Shown in pieces: positions 1-13,323 of a stretch of 64,000 nt of DNA; position 1 is the first letter of the stretch; each line of letters opens with the position of its first letter. The translations under genes and the position numbers were made by a program. Source of the DNA: Amphiscolops sp. MND2022 (lineage: Eukaryota); NCBI GenBank assembly GCA_964187785.1, contig OZ076411.1:37882001-37946000 (forward strand), in the 5' to 3' direction. The notes under the pieces were generated by a model, which worked only from the letters and a program-made list of their open reading frames with translations, was not told the origin of the DNA and made no database searches.

Positions 1-2450
1 AGTTTTTTGTCCGGCGAAAGACATCGACGGTCTCCCAGGGATCGTAGCTTGGAGAAAAGGCAATACGCCCAAAGGAAGCAGAGAGAAGAGAGCAATTTGC
101 GAGGTTGACATCATTTTCACAGAATGTAACAGATCCAGAAACCCCAGACAAGTAACTCTGAACTTGAAGAATGACGTCAGTGAATCGGCCTCGATGACCA
201 GATGTATCGATACTCCCAACTACTACTCCAGGATGAGAAGGGCTTGCGGTCGTGATGCATAAACAACATAGCAAGAACAGGTAAAGGAGGTGTTCTTTAG
301 TCTGCAGGAATTCCAGACTCATTAAGAAGTTTATAAAATCTTCTGCAGCTTCGGTGACGTCAAAGTTGGCAGAATAAATGGATCGGAGATAGTCAAGAAG
401 TTCAACATAATAGTCTCGGCATGCCGATTTGTTTGCGGGACTGACCCAAGATCGACGTTGGAATGTGCTGAACAGCACGTCGAAACGTCGGAGTGCCACC
501 TCAGTAGGACCCTTTAACATGGTGGATGGGTCGATTGCAGCCAACCCCTTGACTATATTGGAGCTAAGTTCAGTTTGTCGAAGCGCCTCACTGATCACAA
601 ACTGTATATAAGGCTGGCCATCTTGAATAAACTCGGACTTGATAGTGTCGGCCGTCTTTTGAATCAAGGCTAGTTCTGTCCTCTTACCGGAGTGGACCCC
701 TTCGGCTTTCCGCTTGCTAGCGGAAGCCACCTTGTTCATCATTCTGACTTGGACTCGGAGAAACTCCTCTGCTGCCATGAAGGTTCCATCACCGACCCGG
801 GAACTTAAAAGGAGGAACCACGCGCTAGGAAGGGGAACACTTTCACTTGTGTACGTTCTGAAGCACAGCTGATAGATGTACCGAGAAACCTCTCCACACA
901 GATAGAATGAGGCATCACGCCTTTGTTGCAAGTTGGTGAGAAAACTGGACTTGTCTACAAACAGAACAATGAACCAACTAGGATCATTAACAAATACTTG
1001 AGGGCAACACTAATGGACTAACAATCAGTGGCAAGCCTGTAGAAGAGCTCCAGTTTGACAAGGAAAAACTCATCACAAATGAGCGTTTATTCGAAGCTTT
1101 GCACCTCAAACAAGAAAATCCCGGTTGCCACTTATGATCTTAGGAACCTACCCTCTGCAAACTGACGAACTGAGTCAAAACAAGCGTGAATGGAACAGGC
1201 CTGATACAGTTACTTACCCTGGTTCGGACTCCCTGCTCTTGTTGGTGTGTGGGAAGAACACTTACTCGGGATAGTTCAGGGCTCCGCTGAACCCAGTCTT
1301 CAGAGTGTGATCCACCCAGAGAGATCATCAGCCAGCGTAAGACACAGAAGATGTCTAATTTTCCAAAGACACTGTAACAGGTCCTATGCATCAATCTGGG
1401 CAAGTTCATCTGTTCAAAACGGAAGCAACTCTGAATGCCCCCGAGAGAAGGTGGGAGCCTGGTCAATAGTGCGGATCAAGTTTGTGGGACCACAGAACAA
1501 GCCACGAAGTCCGCCTTAGTTAACACAACTGATTGCAGTCGAGACAGTGACCCCAGCTCCCCTGTAAATTCTGTGGTCGGCAGTTCACTTCGGCAGACGA
1601 GTACCTTGTACAAACTCTGGCCTTTCCAGAAACGGACCGACATGAAACGGTTGGGCCCTTTGTCCTCGTTTTCAATGGCGATACACGGCTCTGCGGCAAC
1701 GTGTTCAGCAATATCTGACAAAACACAGTTCAAGAAATGTTGGAAGATGGCCTGGAAGAAGACCCAATTCTGAAGAACTGAAAATACCCATAGAAGGCAG
1801 TTAACAAAAAGAACTTTCTGTCGTATGTTCTTCATTCCAGTCGAAATCACAGAGACGGGCTTGGTGGTTAGTGAAGGAACTGATTCTGGCCCATATATCT
1901 CGTAAAAAAGAGAAAATACCCTGAGTCTGCAGGAAAGGAAGTCAGCTACAATCATCAGTTGGGTCTTGGCTCAAGTCTCGGGCGTGACTAGGGCAGTAGT
2001 ACGGCCTTGAACGAAGTCTTCGTAGAAGAAAAACTATTCAAAGACATCCACAAGCTCTGTGTGAATGAATCTAGGTAGCCCTATGCCAGTTCAATTTTCG
2101 TCAGTTCTTTCCGATTGCGGCCTCGAAACCTATGCTGCACTTTTCTACTGACTCGGTTCACGCTTTTGAGATGCTCGTATCTCCACTTTTGATCGCTTCT
2201 CATGTATTTTTCCGTGCGATGGTGGCGCAAAATCTCCATGAGACTCTTTGTTCGAATGGAGAAATTCTTTTACGATTTTGACACCAAACCATATGTGGGT
2301 TGTTGATGGGGTCTGCTGGTCTGCTGGTCCGGAAATGAAAAAACGGTTCCATCCAATCTTAGAGAAGCACTATTCTCGCATGGGGAATCCCCTTCGGCTG
2401 GGTTTTCTACTCATTTTCCGGCGTTTTGACTTGGAGGAGCATTGAGTCTT
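1..2450 (-). pseudogene. hAT-transposase-like gene, copy 1 (BED zinc finger plus core; intron-containing; runs off the window start)
   Basis: Hand translation gives an open frame from about 954 to 1 (DKSSFLTNLQQRR...KGLAAIDPSTM...YDPWETVDVF), not in the ORF track because it has no stop inside the window. ORFs 1476-1955 (VRFW) and 1140-1466 (DIFCVLRWL) are in frame across one stop. A degenerate BED-finger-like VWCQNRK...EILRHHRTEKY lies at about 2200-2330. Donors GTAAGT at 1265 and GTGATT at 1850; acceptors at 1770, 1155 and 955. Homologous to 26457-29250. Confidence 0.75.
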
Positions 2451-2499
2451 GGCACTTCTGGTTTGTTCTTGTAATTGTTGGACTGTTGTTTTTGACTGC

Positions 2500-3700
2500 T
2501 GGGGTCTGTAGACTGTTAAGACTGAGGAACAGCAAGATTCGAATGACAGTGGCTTGTCCCAGGGGTCGTCTTGAATGACTCAGATATCAAAGTCATTTCA
2601 GTAGCGCTGTCGCTTTCTCCATAGAATGAGGTATCTCCCGCTTCCTGAGAACTGGATGAGCCTGCAGCTCCGGTTTCAGCAAAAGTCTGGTGGTCTGACT
2701 CGGACGCACTTGAATCTGGCTCTGCCCAACGTGCTGGCGTTTGTGATCGGCCCCTAGTCTGGAAAAAGTTCTGGAGGGAGCAGTTGTGGGTTTCCCTCTT
2801 ACGGCGTCGGTGACCATTCGTTCGATTGTCGTATAGGACATCCTGAGTGTCTCGTCGCTCAGTACCCTCGAGAGTGGTACACTTGTAACTCTGTAAAGGC
2901 CACTGTCAGATGCCCCTGAAGCAAATTGAAAGCATCAGTTTCAAGGAAATAGGTTTTCAAAATGGCACGACTTCTGCTGGACAGTTCAGGAAGGGTATCA
3001 TCAGGCCTCTGGGAAGCTGACGTGGAAGGCCTATTGTGACCGGTCGGGAAATAACTAGCTTCAGACTCGTCACAGGCCTGAGTTCCAGGTTCAGAGATCA
3101 AAAGTAGGCCACCGTAGAGAGAAGGCTACCTTCTTCAGCAGTTTTCTCGCTCTCACTTAAGTCTGTGAGAAATCGGACTTTTGGTTCGACTCTGGGTAAG
3201 GCAGGGAACTCACACACAGAAAACACGTCGCCATCCTCGTTTTGTAGATTAGATTAAATCGAGGTTTCCTGGCCTGAATGTGTGGTAAGAGGCAGCAAAA
3301 GGAGTAGAGTCCTGGAAGTCGTTGCAACCTCAAGTCCTGTGTCCAAAGTGGGTGAGACTGGTGTTGGCAGGTTGTTCATCACTGGCCAAAACAGGGGTAC
3401 TGGATCGGCGGACAGTCTCTTGAGTTTCTCCTAGGTCACGACCACCGGGTGAACCGAGTCCACCCTCAGACACTAGATGACTTGACTATATTTGATGCAT
3501 CATGGCATCAGCAAAAGCGTTTACATCTGGCTCACTGCCCGCTCTCTGAGCAGAATCGACAACTCCGGTTAGTTTCTGAGACTCGCGAACCTAGTTTACA
3601 GCAGTGCTTGGACCAATGTCATCGGGAAGGTTTGGTGTTGCTGCAAACTCAGTTGACTCTTTCTCTAAATAAAACGAAAGAAAATTAGGCGGTCTGCTTC
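2500..3700 (-). pseudogene. degraded ORF upstream of copy 1 (probable N-terminal extension or second accessory ORF)
   Basis: Same-strand fragments 2593-2841 and 2859-3101, plus a Ser/Pro/Thr-rich frame to about 3700 with stops and frameshifts. GC content matches 1-2450. Product unknown. Confidence 0.45.
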
Positions 3701-4446
3701 CTTGAAAAGACTCAATTTACCGCCTTAGAAATCTTCCGGATGTACTTCTCAAATTTGGATGGAACGTGTTAACCACGTGTTTAGTGATGGAACCAGGAAG
3801 CGTCTTTTGAACAAATTTAGCCCTGATCAAGCTGAACTAGTTCAAAGTATGAAAATCCAATTCAACCTGAGTTAGAAGACATGCTGCTGTAATGGAGTCT
3901 GTTCGTAGGTAGTCTTCGTGTGGCTTACTAGACTTTGAGGAGACGGACGGGTTCGGCGACAGCTGGGAAGATAAGAGCTGGTCTAATCCAAGACTGAGGG
4001 TACTACAACAAAAGTTAAGGACGGATAAGGACAGATTTCGTGATTGAAACACAGTCAGTGGAGGTTGTGTTAAATGGAATTGCAAGTGTAAAGAATGCAA
4101 ATGGAATTGGAATGTAATATTGGATAGAAAAAATATTGGAGATTGTGACTGAAGAAATACCAGACTAAAGTTTTATGGAAATTCTTTACATATTTAAAAC
4201 GATTCAAGGAGTCTGCCAGCGAAGTGTACAGAAAATGTTTCCTGATTTACAGCTTACATAGTTAAGAAGCCCATTATGGCCATTTAACTTGTTTTGTTTT
4301 ACCGTTTTGTTCAGTTTACCTTTGTTATTTTTAGTTAGAATTCGCCATTATAGATTATTTTGAGTAAATATTTTTTGCCATTTTATTATTCAGTTTTCAT
4401 TTTACTAATGAACGATTTTGATTGGCTGAAGCAATTTGAAAGAAAT

Positions 4447-5586
4447 ATGTGACGCCTGCCGTTATTAGCTTTCAAGCGACCTGTTAATTACCCACTTGAG
4501 GCGAGTGTATTTGATATCAACAACTCAAACGCTGTTCACACCCCTTTGAATGATAGTGTTGATGGGGAGTAAACACCGGATATCAAAGGACGCCGACGGG
4601 TGATGAAATTTCATTTAGGAAAATTTTACGCCGATTTAGAACGGTTGACCGTAACTTTAACCGCTGAGTCGGAAATCCCGGGAAAAGGCCTAACTCGTCT
4701 TTGGGTGGTAGAATCAACAAAATCATTCCAATCGAATCTCTGACAATTTACAGTAGCTCCTAACGGCGTAAAAATAGCTAAAAAACTGATCATGCTAAAA
4801 TTCAATCTTGCTAGAAGATTATTTGACATGGTGGAACAAAACTCCAGTTCATCTTCGAATTCAATTATCTATATATCTAGTAGCAGTGATGAGGAACAAT
4901 CAGATGGTGAGCACTTACACTGTTCAACCGAAACTGAGGATATGATCACGAAAGTTGAACGAGAGGTGGCTTCATGTCCCATGCTCATCAGGGGCAGAAA
5001 AATGACAACAGGGAGTATGGAGGAAGAGATGACTGCGGGCCGCAGCACGGCACAGACGAACGTTGCTGTAACCCCTAAACTGGATCACAAACACTTCGAT
5101 AAGAAGTCATGATACGCTCCGTCTAGGGAAACTGTGAAAACAAAGATCGAACTATGCAGGACACTTTCACTCGTCATAGGCTTTCCAATGTCTCCACCCC
5201 TTCACGACAGAGGACCGTCTCACGACATTCCTTTACTCCAGCCGCCGGAGATGAAATTTCATGCATCCTATCACATGCAGAACACGAGGCCATATCAAAA
5301 TGTCAGCGAAGTGCGTTTCACGGGTTGCATAGTTTGTGGCAGTTCCGTGGATGCCATCACGAAAGAGAAGGTGGAATGGTATATAAGCCAATCTACCCCA
5401 AGGAATGAACCACAGTACATCACTAGACTAAAGAGAGAAGCATACGAAAATGGACTTAATGCAGACTCTTTTCTTTTCGTGGCTGCCGCTGTGTCGCAGG
5501 CCGTTGCCTGCGACGGTACGTCCAAAACAACCACAGCAGAAGACAGGAAAGTATGCCCGGAAAGTTGCCGACCTTCTAAAACTTAG
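4447..5586 (+). pseudogene. about 380-codon ORF inside the LTR-like unit (acidic/Ser-rich middle, CxxC motif CIVC)
   Basis: ORFs 4792-5112 and 5134-5586 share a frame that extends back to an ATG at 4447. Four in-frame stops interrupt it. The C-terminal SQAVACDG motif recurs at about 7680-7710. Confidence 0.55.
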
Positions 5587-7217
5587 AAACCGACAAACAT
5601 TCAGTCAAACTGGGATTAATCTTATTTTACATTAATATACTTTGTGGCGGTATTGTTAATAAATATAATGTTTTGTTATTAGTCTGTTAACATTGAAGCT
5701 AAATTCCTCCGAATGATGTTTGAATTAGAAAAGCGCTGATAAAATTACGATACAATAGTATGTAAAAGGCAACTGATCAACAGTATAGGAAACGAGTTCA
5801 AGTGAGATAAAGTGCTATTCCGCTCGTCGCTCGGATCAATCACTATTTGCAGTACTAATTATATGCTTACCGAATAAAGAAATGGCCGTATAAGGCTGGA
5901 TAAACAATGGCCGAATGAGACTTTTTGACCGCTGCTAGACCGTACATGAAAGGAATGCTGGTCAACCGGTCGGTTCCGGCTATTTTTTGTAGAGCACTGA
6001 AGTAATGTCAAATAGCCTCCCAATTAGCTGCTAATGATGATTTCAGTATTATTCCTGACCAACCTTTACTCTTGTCTATATTAGTTGCTATTCAATGACG
6101 CTTAATTTTGGTCGAATTGTTCATATGTATTTATCGGACAAATATCATTTGTTGCTCATGTGTCGAATGGCCGGTTTAGGCTAATTTCATGAAATATTGT
6201 TCAACGTGATGTAGTAAACTTATGTTGACATAGATTACCTCTTAGTCACACGAGTAGGCACGTGTACTTCAAGAATCATTCAATGATTGCATCCCAATGA
6301 TTGCATTTTTAAAATGCTTGAAGTGCGGCATTGCTTTGATATACTTGATGATATTGGATGTTGAAATGTAAACACTTTGCTTTGCTTAGATGCATAGTTT
6401 TTCAAATTCCTGCATCCCCTGATTCCTATCAGTCTCGTGATAATGGAATTTGGTATATGTTAAAAGTTGATCTGATGATATGTAAAAAATGCAACTGTCA
6501 TGCCTCAGTGGGTATAAATACTAATCACTCTCTCAAGGCAGACACAATTTGTAAACTTTGATTTGAAATCAGACTTGTGTTAAAATTACCCAAAAGAATT
6601 TTCCGATCAGAAGCAATTCAAGTTTTATTATTCGGACTTTCTTCATGGCTACCACTAGAAAGCAAAAGAAAGCTAGAAAGTCAAGCGAGCAAGATATGCT
6701 ATCTGACATAGAAAACTTTGACACAATGTTAGATGGAAATTGTTTAGACAGAAAACGAAGTACATCAAGCCACTTGGCAGAAGGCCTGAAAGCCCAAGTT
6801 ATGGAAACTTCCTGAACCAAAATGGTCAGTCATACTCTAATTCTCGAGAAGCAGAGATTAGAAGTTAAGCCCAAAATGACCACAGCGCTAGAGAAGTTGA
6901 TTCAAGTAGCGAGTATAACCGGTTGTCAGGAGAGTTAAATCGAGGGTTTTCCCAAGAAATGGGAGAATTCATGAGCACTGTCAGTTCGCAAATCCAGTAG
7001 CCTATAAATGAGGCAATTATTGATCAAATCCCGCCTCAGGTTCAGGAAACTCTGAGATCTGGGCAAGGTAAAATGCCGGAAAGATGATGGGAAGTTCCGG
7101 CAAGAAGACAGGGATTCAGTTCTGAAGAAAACTTGAACTGCCGATTCAGGATTAGCTCTAGAGGCGAGTGTAATAGAGACCCTAATATGAATGAAGTCTT
7201 AAACAACACTTGTGACA
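4448..7217 (+). mobile_element. long (about 2.8 kb) LTR-like unit, family A copy 1
   Basis: Starts TGTGAC at 4448 and ends TGTGACA at 7217. Its 3' part is homologous to 7620-9316 and to the minus-strand unit at 54290-55900. It contains two ORF remnants. No TSD or PBS is seen, and the purine tract before 4448 is weak. Confidence 0.55.
6645..7217 (+). pseudogene. Gag-leader-like ORF at the 3' end of LTR-like unit A1
   Basis: MATTRKQKKARKSSEQDMLSDIENFDTML...INEAIIDQIPPQVQ, frameshifted. Matches the peptides starting at 8752 and 54835. Confidence 0.55.
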
Positions 7218-7619
7218 GTACCCAAATTTGGATTTTTGTTGGTATTGTAAGACCTTATTATTTTTCAACTTAACCGAACGGCTGTTTTACTCTCAATACT
7301 TTAACTTTATTCGTTATAAGTTTTTTGACTCTGTGCGTATCTCCAAAAAACTTTCACTTGATCAAAGGGTCTCCGCGTGCTTTCATAGTGAATTTAGGCT
7401 TGAGAAAAGGTAGTTTTGAAAAACCGACTTCAATTATGAAATGGTAACAAAAAGCTGAAGAAACTCGTTTTTGCCCACGAACGTTTCCAAACCTCAGGGC
7501 ATTTTCACATACTCAATTTACAGTAAAGTTCCAAGGGCAAAACTATCTCAAGATTTGATCAGAGTGACCACGTTATTTTTCGTTTTCAAATGAAATAAAT
7601 ATAACAAACTTATAATTTA

Positions 7620-9316
7620 TCGTAAGAGAAAGAACCTACCGCTTTTCGTGAAGAAGTCTCACTTTGGGTTTCAACGGCTGTCGCAGGCTGCCGCCTGTGA
7701 CGGTACTAGAATAACAACTCGACGACCGGACAGGAAGCGGTAGCAGGTACCCTACTCATATATTTAAACAAATTTAGGACGGAACTTGTCATTTTTAAAA
7801 AATTTCAAAACGTTTTGTTTTGTTACATTAACATTTGTAAATTTGCAAACAATGATGCAGTAAAACTGAAACAATTGATGCAACAGTAAATAGTGTGCGA
7901 TTGATCAGCATGGGAGAAACGTGATCAAGTGAGCTAAGGTGCTGTTCCGGCGACGTGACTTGCGCACGTCGTGTTAACCAATCAGAACACGTTATTCAAT
8001 ATGCTGTTAGAGTGCTTTAATCTAAACGGCCGAGTAAGGCCTTTTGACGCTGTCATGCTATATACAAGTGGAACATTGGTCAAACGGCCGGACCCGGGTA
8101 TTTCTTCTATAGTATTCTAGTGAAGTACTAATAACCCTCGAAATTTGTCGGTACTGATGCTGCCTTTACTTTCCCAATATGCCATTACCTATAAAAGAAT
8201 TACTTGCTAATCAATGATGCTGTGCTTCAATTGCTGGTCGGTATGCCTTTATCGCCTATAAATCTCAGGCCACTTTTGAGTCTTATGACCAATTCAGGCT
8301 AACTTCGTGCAGTAATAAACAACATGAAATTATAAGGCTGCGCTGATATGAACTACCTTTTGTCCGCACCTGTAGACACGTGCCTGCGAAGGAATTGCAT
8401 TTTTAGGATTTTAGAGAGGATAATTGCCTTGATGAGTAAATGTTTTTTGTTGTCACATGAAATTAGTATGTAAACATGTTTCAATGTTGCTATCCATAAC
8501 CGTCCAAACTCCTCCATCTCCTTTGATGTACGTTAATTTGATGTTGTTGGAATTTGACACACACTGAGATGTTAATGGAGATGCCACTTGTTGGCATTCA
8601 AAAAATGTGCGTGTCATTCCGCTGAAGGTATATATAGCAGTGACTCCTCAGGGGAGGGCACAATATTTCCGAACTTTATAGTGTTCAAAAAGTTTGTTAA
8701 AAGCTCAATTTTTCGATAAACTAAATCAATGATTACTATCGGGTTTTCTTCATGCCTACTACAAGCAAACAGAAAAGTAAGGCAATAAAGTCGAGAAAAA
8801 GCTGATATGTTGTCTGACATTGAAAACTTACATATAATGCTGGGTAGCAACCGCGTAGAGAGAGAAGAAAGCGAGTTCAGCTACTCAGTACGTAGGCCAG
8901 AAAGCCATAGCAATGACACACTGGTGAACCATGATGCGAATGCTCACTCTAACTCTCAGGTGTTATGCCGGTAACGGTCAAAATTCAAGAGAGAGGTTGA
9001 TTTGAGCAGTGAAATTAATAGGTTGTCAGGGGAATTACTCAAAGAATCACTCGAGAAATGAGTGACCTTATGAGAAGAGTGAGTTCACAGATACGAAGAG
9101 CTATAAATGAAGCAATAAATGAACAAGTTCTGCCTCAAATCCAAGCTACTTTAAGGTCCGGACAAGGACAAGTACCTGACAGAAGATGGGAAGTCACGGC
9201 CAAAAGACCGGAACATAAATCTGAAGAAGCCTTAAACCGCAACTTCAGAAGCAGTTCGAGAGAAGAGCTTCCTAGAGACTTGAATAGAAATCACGACCTA
9301 GAGAATACTCATTACA
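7620..9316 (+). mobile_element. partial LTR-like unit, family A copy 2
   Basis: Same order as 5440-7217: AACDG-type ORF tail, GGCCG-containing block, then ORF from 8752 (MPTT.KQK...DMLSDIENL...RAINEAINEQVLPQIQ...LENTHY). Ends in CATTACA at 9316. Confidence 0.6.
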
Positions 9317-12300
9317 ACTGCACTATGAGCCTTTTTCCTGAAATGTTTTTGACCGGGTTGCTCTTTTTGATTGCCATCGGAAAGAGCTTTTTGCGAGCAT
9401 AGAGGCCACATTATGTTCTTCGGTACATTGCAACCTACCGCGGAAGTTTAAAAAATGAAGAAAAATTCAAAATATAATTATAAAAAGTTTTGTGTCAACC
9501 AATCAATTTTTGATTGTTTGATTTTTTGTGTAGAGAAAGCCCTTTATTTGGTCAATGGGTACACTTTTCAAGTTTGATAACTTTTCGGCTTAAAAAAGCG
9601 TTTCACGAACTTAAAGGCTCTCCTATTGGGTTTTCCGGCATATTTACACTTCAGGCACTCTTCCGGCACTATTAGGTTGAAAAAAATGTTTAGTCTTATG
9701 ATGTTTCGAGTTAAAGAAAAAGCGGTTTTCGAGACTTACGCGTATCCCTTCGGGTACTTTTGGCACTGTAAGTCGGTGAAAATTTTCATTTTTTGTCATT
9801 TTCCGAAACTTATGCAATATGTCGAAACTCGCTGTCCCTGACAAAAAATGCAAGAGACAAACTTTTGCACCTTTGATTCAGTTTTCCTACTTTTAATTTA
9901 AACAGTTTTTCTGAAAACGATCTTCCGAATTAACTCCACAATGTTGTCAGAAGATGCAAATCCTTAAAATTTTACTGCCTAAAATCATTGTTGCGATGGT
10001 ACAACTACTGGTTTAGCTGTTCTTTTCTAAAGAAAGCATTTTCAAAAGTGTTCGAGATGAACGTCAAAGAACAGTGTCATAGCTGCAAAATTGAGGCTTT
10101 GCTGTTTTTCTTTAACCAATAGATTTTGAGATCGTGCGTAATAAAGTAAAAAAAAATCTCGAACTCCTCAAAATACAATTTGGATAACATTTTATATTGT
10201 GATCATTTGATGTAATTCTGATCGAAATCAGAAACTGAGAAACTTCATTTCTGATTTTGTTAAACGCATGTTCGAAGAGAAAATGCGCTTTTAAAGTTTT
10301 CGTCTGCGATATTAGCTGCTTGAAGTTTTTTTGATACCACAGTGTATAACCAACAATCTAGGAAAAAGTTGATTTTGATTTTCCAATATTTCCAATATTT
10401 CGTCGTGACTAGTTTCGATTCGCTCAACGAGATTAAATTAAATTGTACGAAATTCTCCGATATGGAGGGCAGCTTCTCATTGCTGTTTTTGTTTTTATCT
10501 GAAAGGTCACGAAATCTGCTTTGAGACAGAAAGCCATTATTCTTAAAGAAAATTGAATATGATTTTTTTCCCAACCAATCAACACTCTCTTGTTTCGACT
10601 GAAACTACTGAGGTTAAGGTCAAAACAGTACAGCTATTTTAATTCCAGAACAGACTTGACCGTGTGTCATTTGCCACTTTTCTACTTGTTTCCTGAATTA
10701 AATCATTTAACCATCATTAGCAATTCTGTCCAGGAGCAACAGGAAGCGAGCTATAAAAGTACAACCGATGTTGAAATGTGTGCATTGACTTTTTGAGATT
10801 GCATAAAATTCTCAAAAAAATTGCTTAAATAATTCACAAACCCAGCTGCGCCAATAATCAATTGAACTTTCGTACGCATACCATAGCAAGAGAGCAAGAG
10901 CATTTCAGTGATATCAGCTGGAAAGTCACGCCCCGTTTCTGGCAACGTCTACGTTTCTGGCCTACTGGAAAATTGTGCGAAATGAATAAAATTAGGCTAC
11001 TGTGAATTTTTTTTACTGAAATGGCATGCTACCGAAGACATTAACAGACTCTTCAAGCAAAAAATGAAGGCAAATGTTGGTCCGAGGGTTATAATAGACT
11101 ACTCGAGGTTATCGTTAGTTTTTTTTAAAATCAAGGTTTAACTCTTTTCAGCAGTACAAAAAAATTCTTGCACAACCACAAAAATATCGTACGAGACTGT
11201 TCAAACTGATTAGTTTCGAGTTTCTCGACTGATTTCACGATTTTCGATTTGCAAAAAAATAACATTTGACAAAAAACTGACTCTCAATAACCTTCGGGAA
11301 GACGATTGTTGATAGTTTTGTGAAGGTGATATTTTTCAATTTACAAATCACTTTTGCCACAATATTTTCAAAAACTTATGAGTTCAAGAAAACGACTAAC
11401 ATTTCATGGGTCTTTCTAGTCTGTGTGACGTTTTCATGTAATGTTTTTGCAAATTAGATCCCCTTGGAAACCCACTAACTAATAAATTTAAAAACAAAAC
11501 ACAATTTTTGCCTTTGAAATGTAAGATGTTTGGTTCAAGCCAATCGTTTTGATCAATTCAAGGTAAACGTGAGCTCTGCTGTTTGCAATAAAAATTGATC
11601 AACTCCAAAAAAAAACGAGAAACTATCAGTAATTTTAGATGAAAGAAAGCTAGAAACGGGAAAAATAACTTACCAATTAAGAGAATTAGGTGCCGGGGCT
11701 CCTCTATTAAACATGCTGTTCGTTTCAGCACTAGCACGTCCTGTTGCGTAATCCGTTTGGTGACATTTTTTAGAGCGTGTCGATCCACTTTTGAAACTTA
11801 TTGTACTATCTGTTTTCACACTACTGTTAATCATTGTCCTCTTGCCAAACAAATAATCCCATAACACGATGAAAAGAAATGGTGTTTCGGCCTTTCAAGC
11901 ATGTGCAGAGGTTGTTCGCGAACAGAAATTATTTATTTGTTGCCCTGGCCACAACAAAAGCTAGAACTGTAAATGGATTTTTCTAAATTAACGTTCGTTC
12001 CAGTTGGTATGTTGTCACAATATAAACGTCCTCCTCAAATGGACATTTTTTCTGTCCCGTTACTTGCGTCTAAAGCCAGATCTGCAAACATTAGCACCTC
12101 CACAGAGCGAGAAAAAGGAAATGGTATATCGTTGTTTCCATAGGTAATTAAAGCAAGCACGCACTTTGCTGGCAGAAAACGTTTTCATGTGCTTAAACGC
12201 CACTTTCAGTGGTAACATGGATTCAAATGGTTGAAGTATCCTTAATGAAGCTAGCAACGCGAAGAAGCCTTCGGTGCAAACGCTGGTAGGCGAATTGCTT

Positions 12301-13096
12301 TCCGAATTCATTAGCAGTAAAAATTTTTCAATCAGAAAAATTTGCGTATTTGGTTTTTATCCCAGCCACTCTTTCACTAAATACTCTTTCAGTTTCAAAT
12401 TGATGACGTTGGTCGAAATATGACGTCACAATTCCACAGTTTCCGTTCTATTATCTCTCAGATCCGAAAAATTTTTAAAAAGATGAAGAAAGCTTTTCCT
12501 GATTTCCGAGAGCACAAAGGAAAAGATCGGAAACGTTCATTGAATTTTGTCACAAAAGCTTCATTCAAGAATTGTCAACTTGAATTACTGCTTCCGAAGC
12601 CATATATTGAGAAACCAAGTATTTTCAATTAAATTCAAGACTATTCTATTGTCTGCCCGGTCGTGATAAAAAACCTTTGTTCTTAAAAAAACATTAAAAG
12701 AGCTAATTAGTGAAAAAACCCTTTCGGTTTTTTCGGATTTCGTTTTCAGATGCGACTTTGTTATACAGTTCCTCGTGAATTTGTAATGCTTTTTTGGAAA
12801 AACAAAAAGTTGTTTTATTTACAAGGCGATAGCTTTTAAACCAGTTAACCGCTAGGTATAATTATGGGATACATTGACATAAATGATGATGTATAAATTA
12901 ACACACTCGTCCATACATCGTGTTCAACTCAGTTGAAAGGACAAGAACAAAACATATGAAAAAGAGTCAGTAGTAATCAACAAGATCATGAACTTCCGAA
13001 ATTTGTTTGAATTCAGTTCCGCAAACTCAGTATTTTAATATTTTGTTTGGATGAGACAATGAAAAATCTCAGTTTTGAAGCAATATTTTTTCCGCT

Positions 13097-13308
13097 TGTG
13101 ACACTATGTCATACTTGAGTTGGACGGTAGAGGTAACGTAACCTTCAGACAGCAAAGTACCTGTCAACCTTTATGTTTATTACATACGCTTGTACATGTA
13201 TATCTTATGATCTTTTAACGTATAGAATTCAAATGAATACAATACGAGTTACAATACACTGTTAAAAGCACAACTATTTTTACCATTACCTTTTGACAAG
13301 ACAGAACA
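13097..13308 (+). repeat. 5' LTR
   Basis: TGTGACAC...AGAACA; about 23 differences from 17585-17796 by hand count (about 89% identity). Followed by TGGCACAGTCAG. Confidence 0.93.
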
Positions 13309-13323
13309 TGGCACAGTCAGAGT
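13309..13323 (+). promoter_or_regulatory. primer binding site
   Basis: TGGCACAGTCAGAGT immediately after the 5' LTR; the priming tRNA was not identified. Confidence 0.7.

Noticed and set aside
11670-11900. Frame with many TAA/TAG codons suggesting a ciliate-type genetic code, and a possible exon ending at GTAAGT (11672)
   Set aside because: Another frame is open here, the stop density is plausible for AT-rich DNA, and intact genes elsewhere read in the standard code. No partner exons or homology were found.
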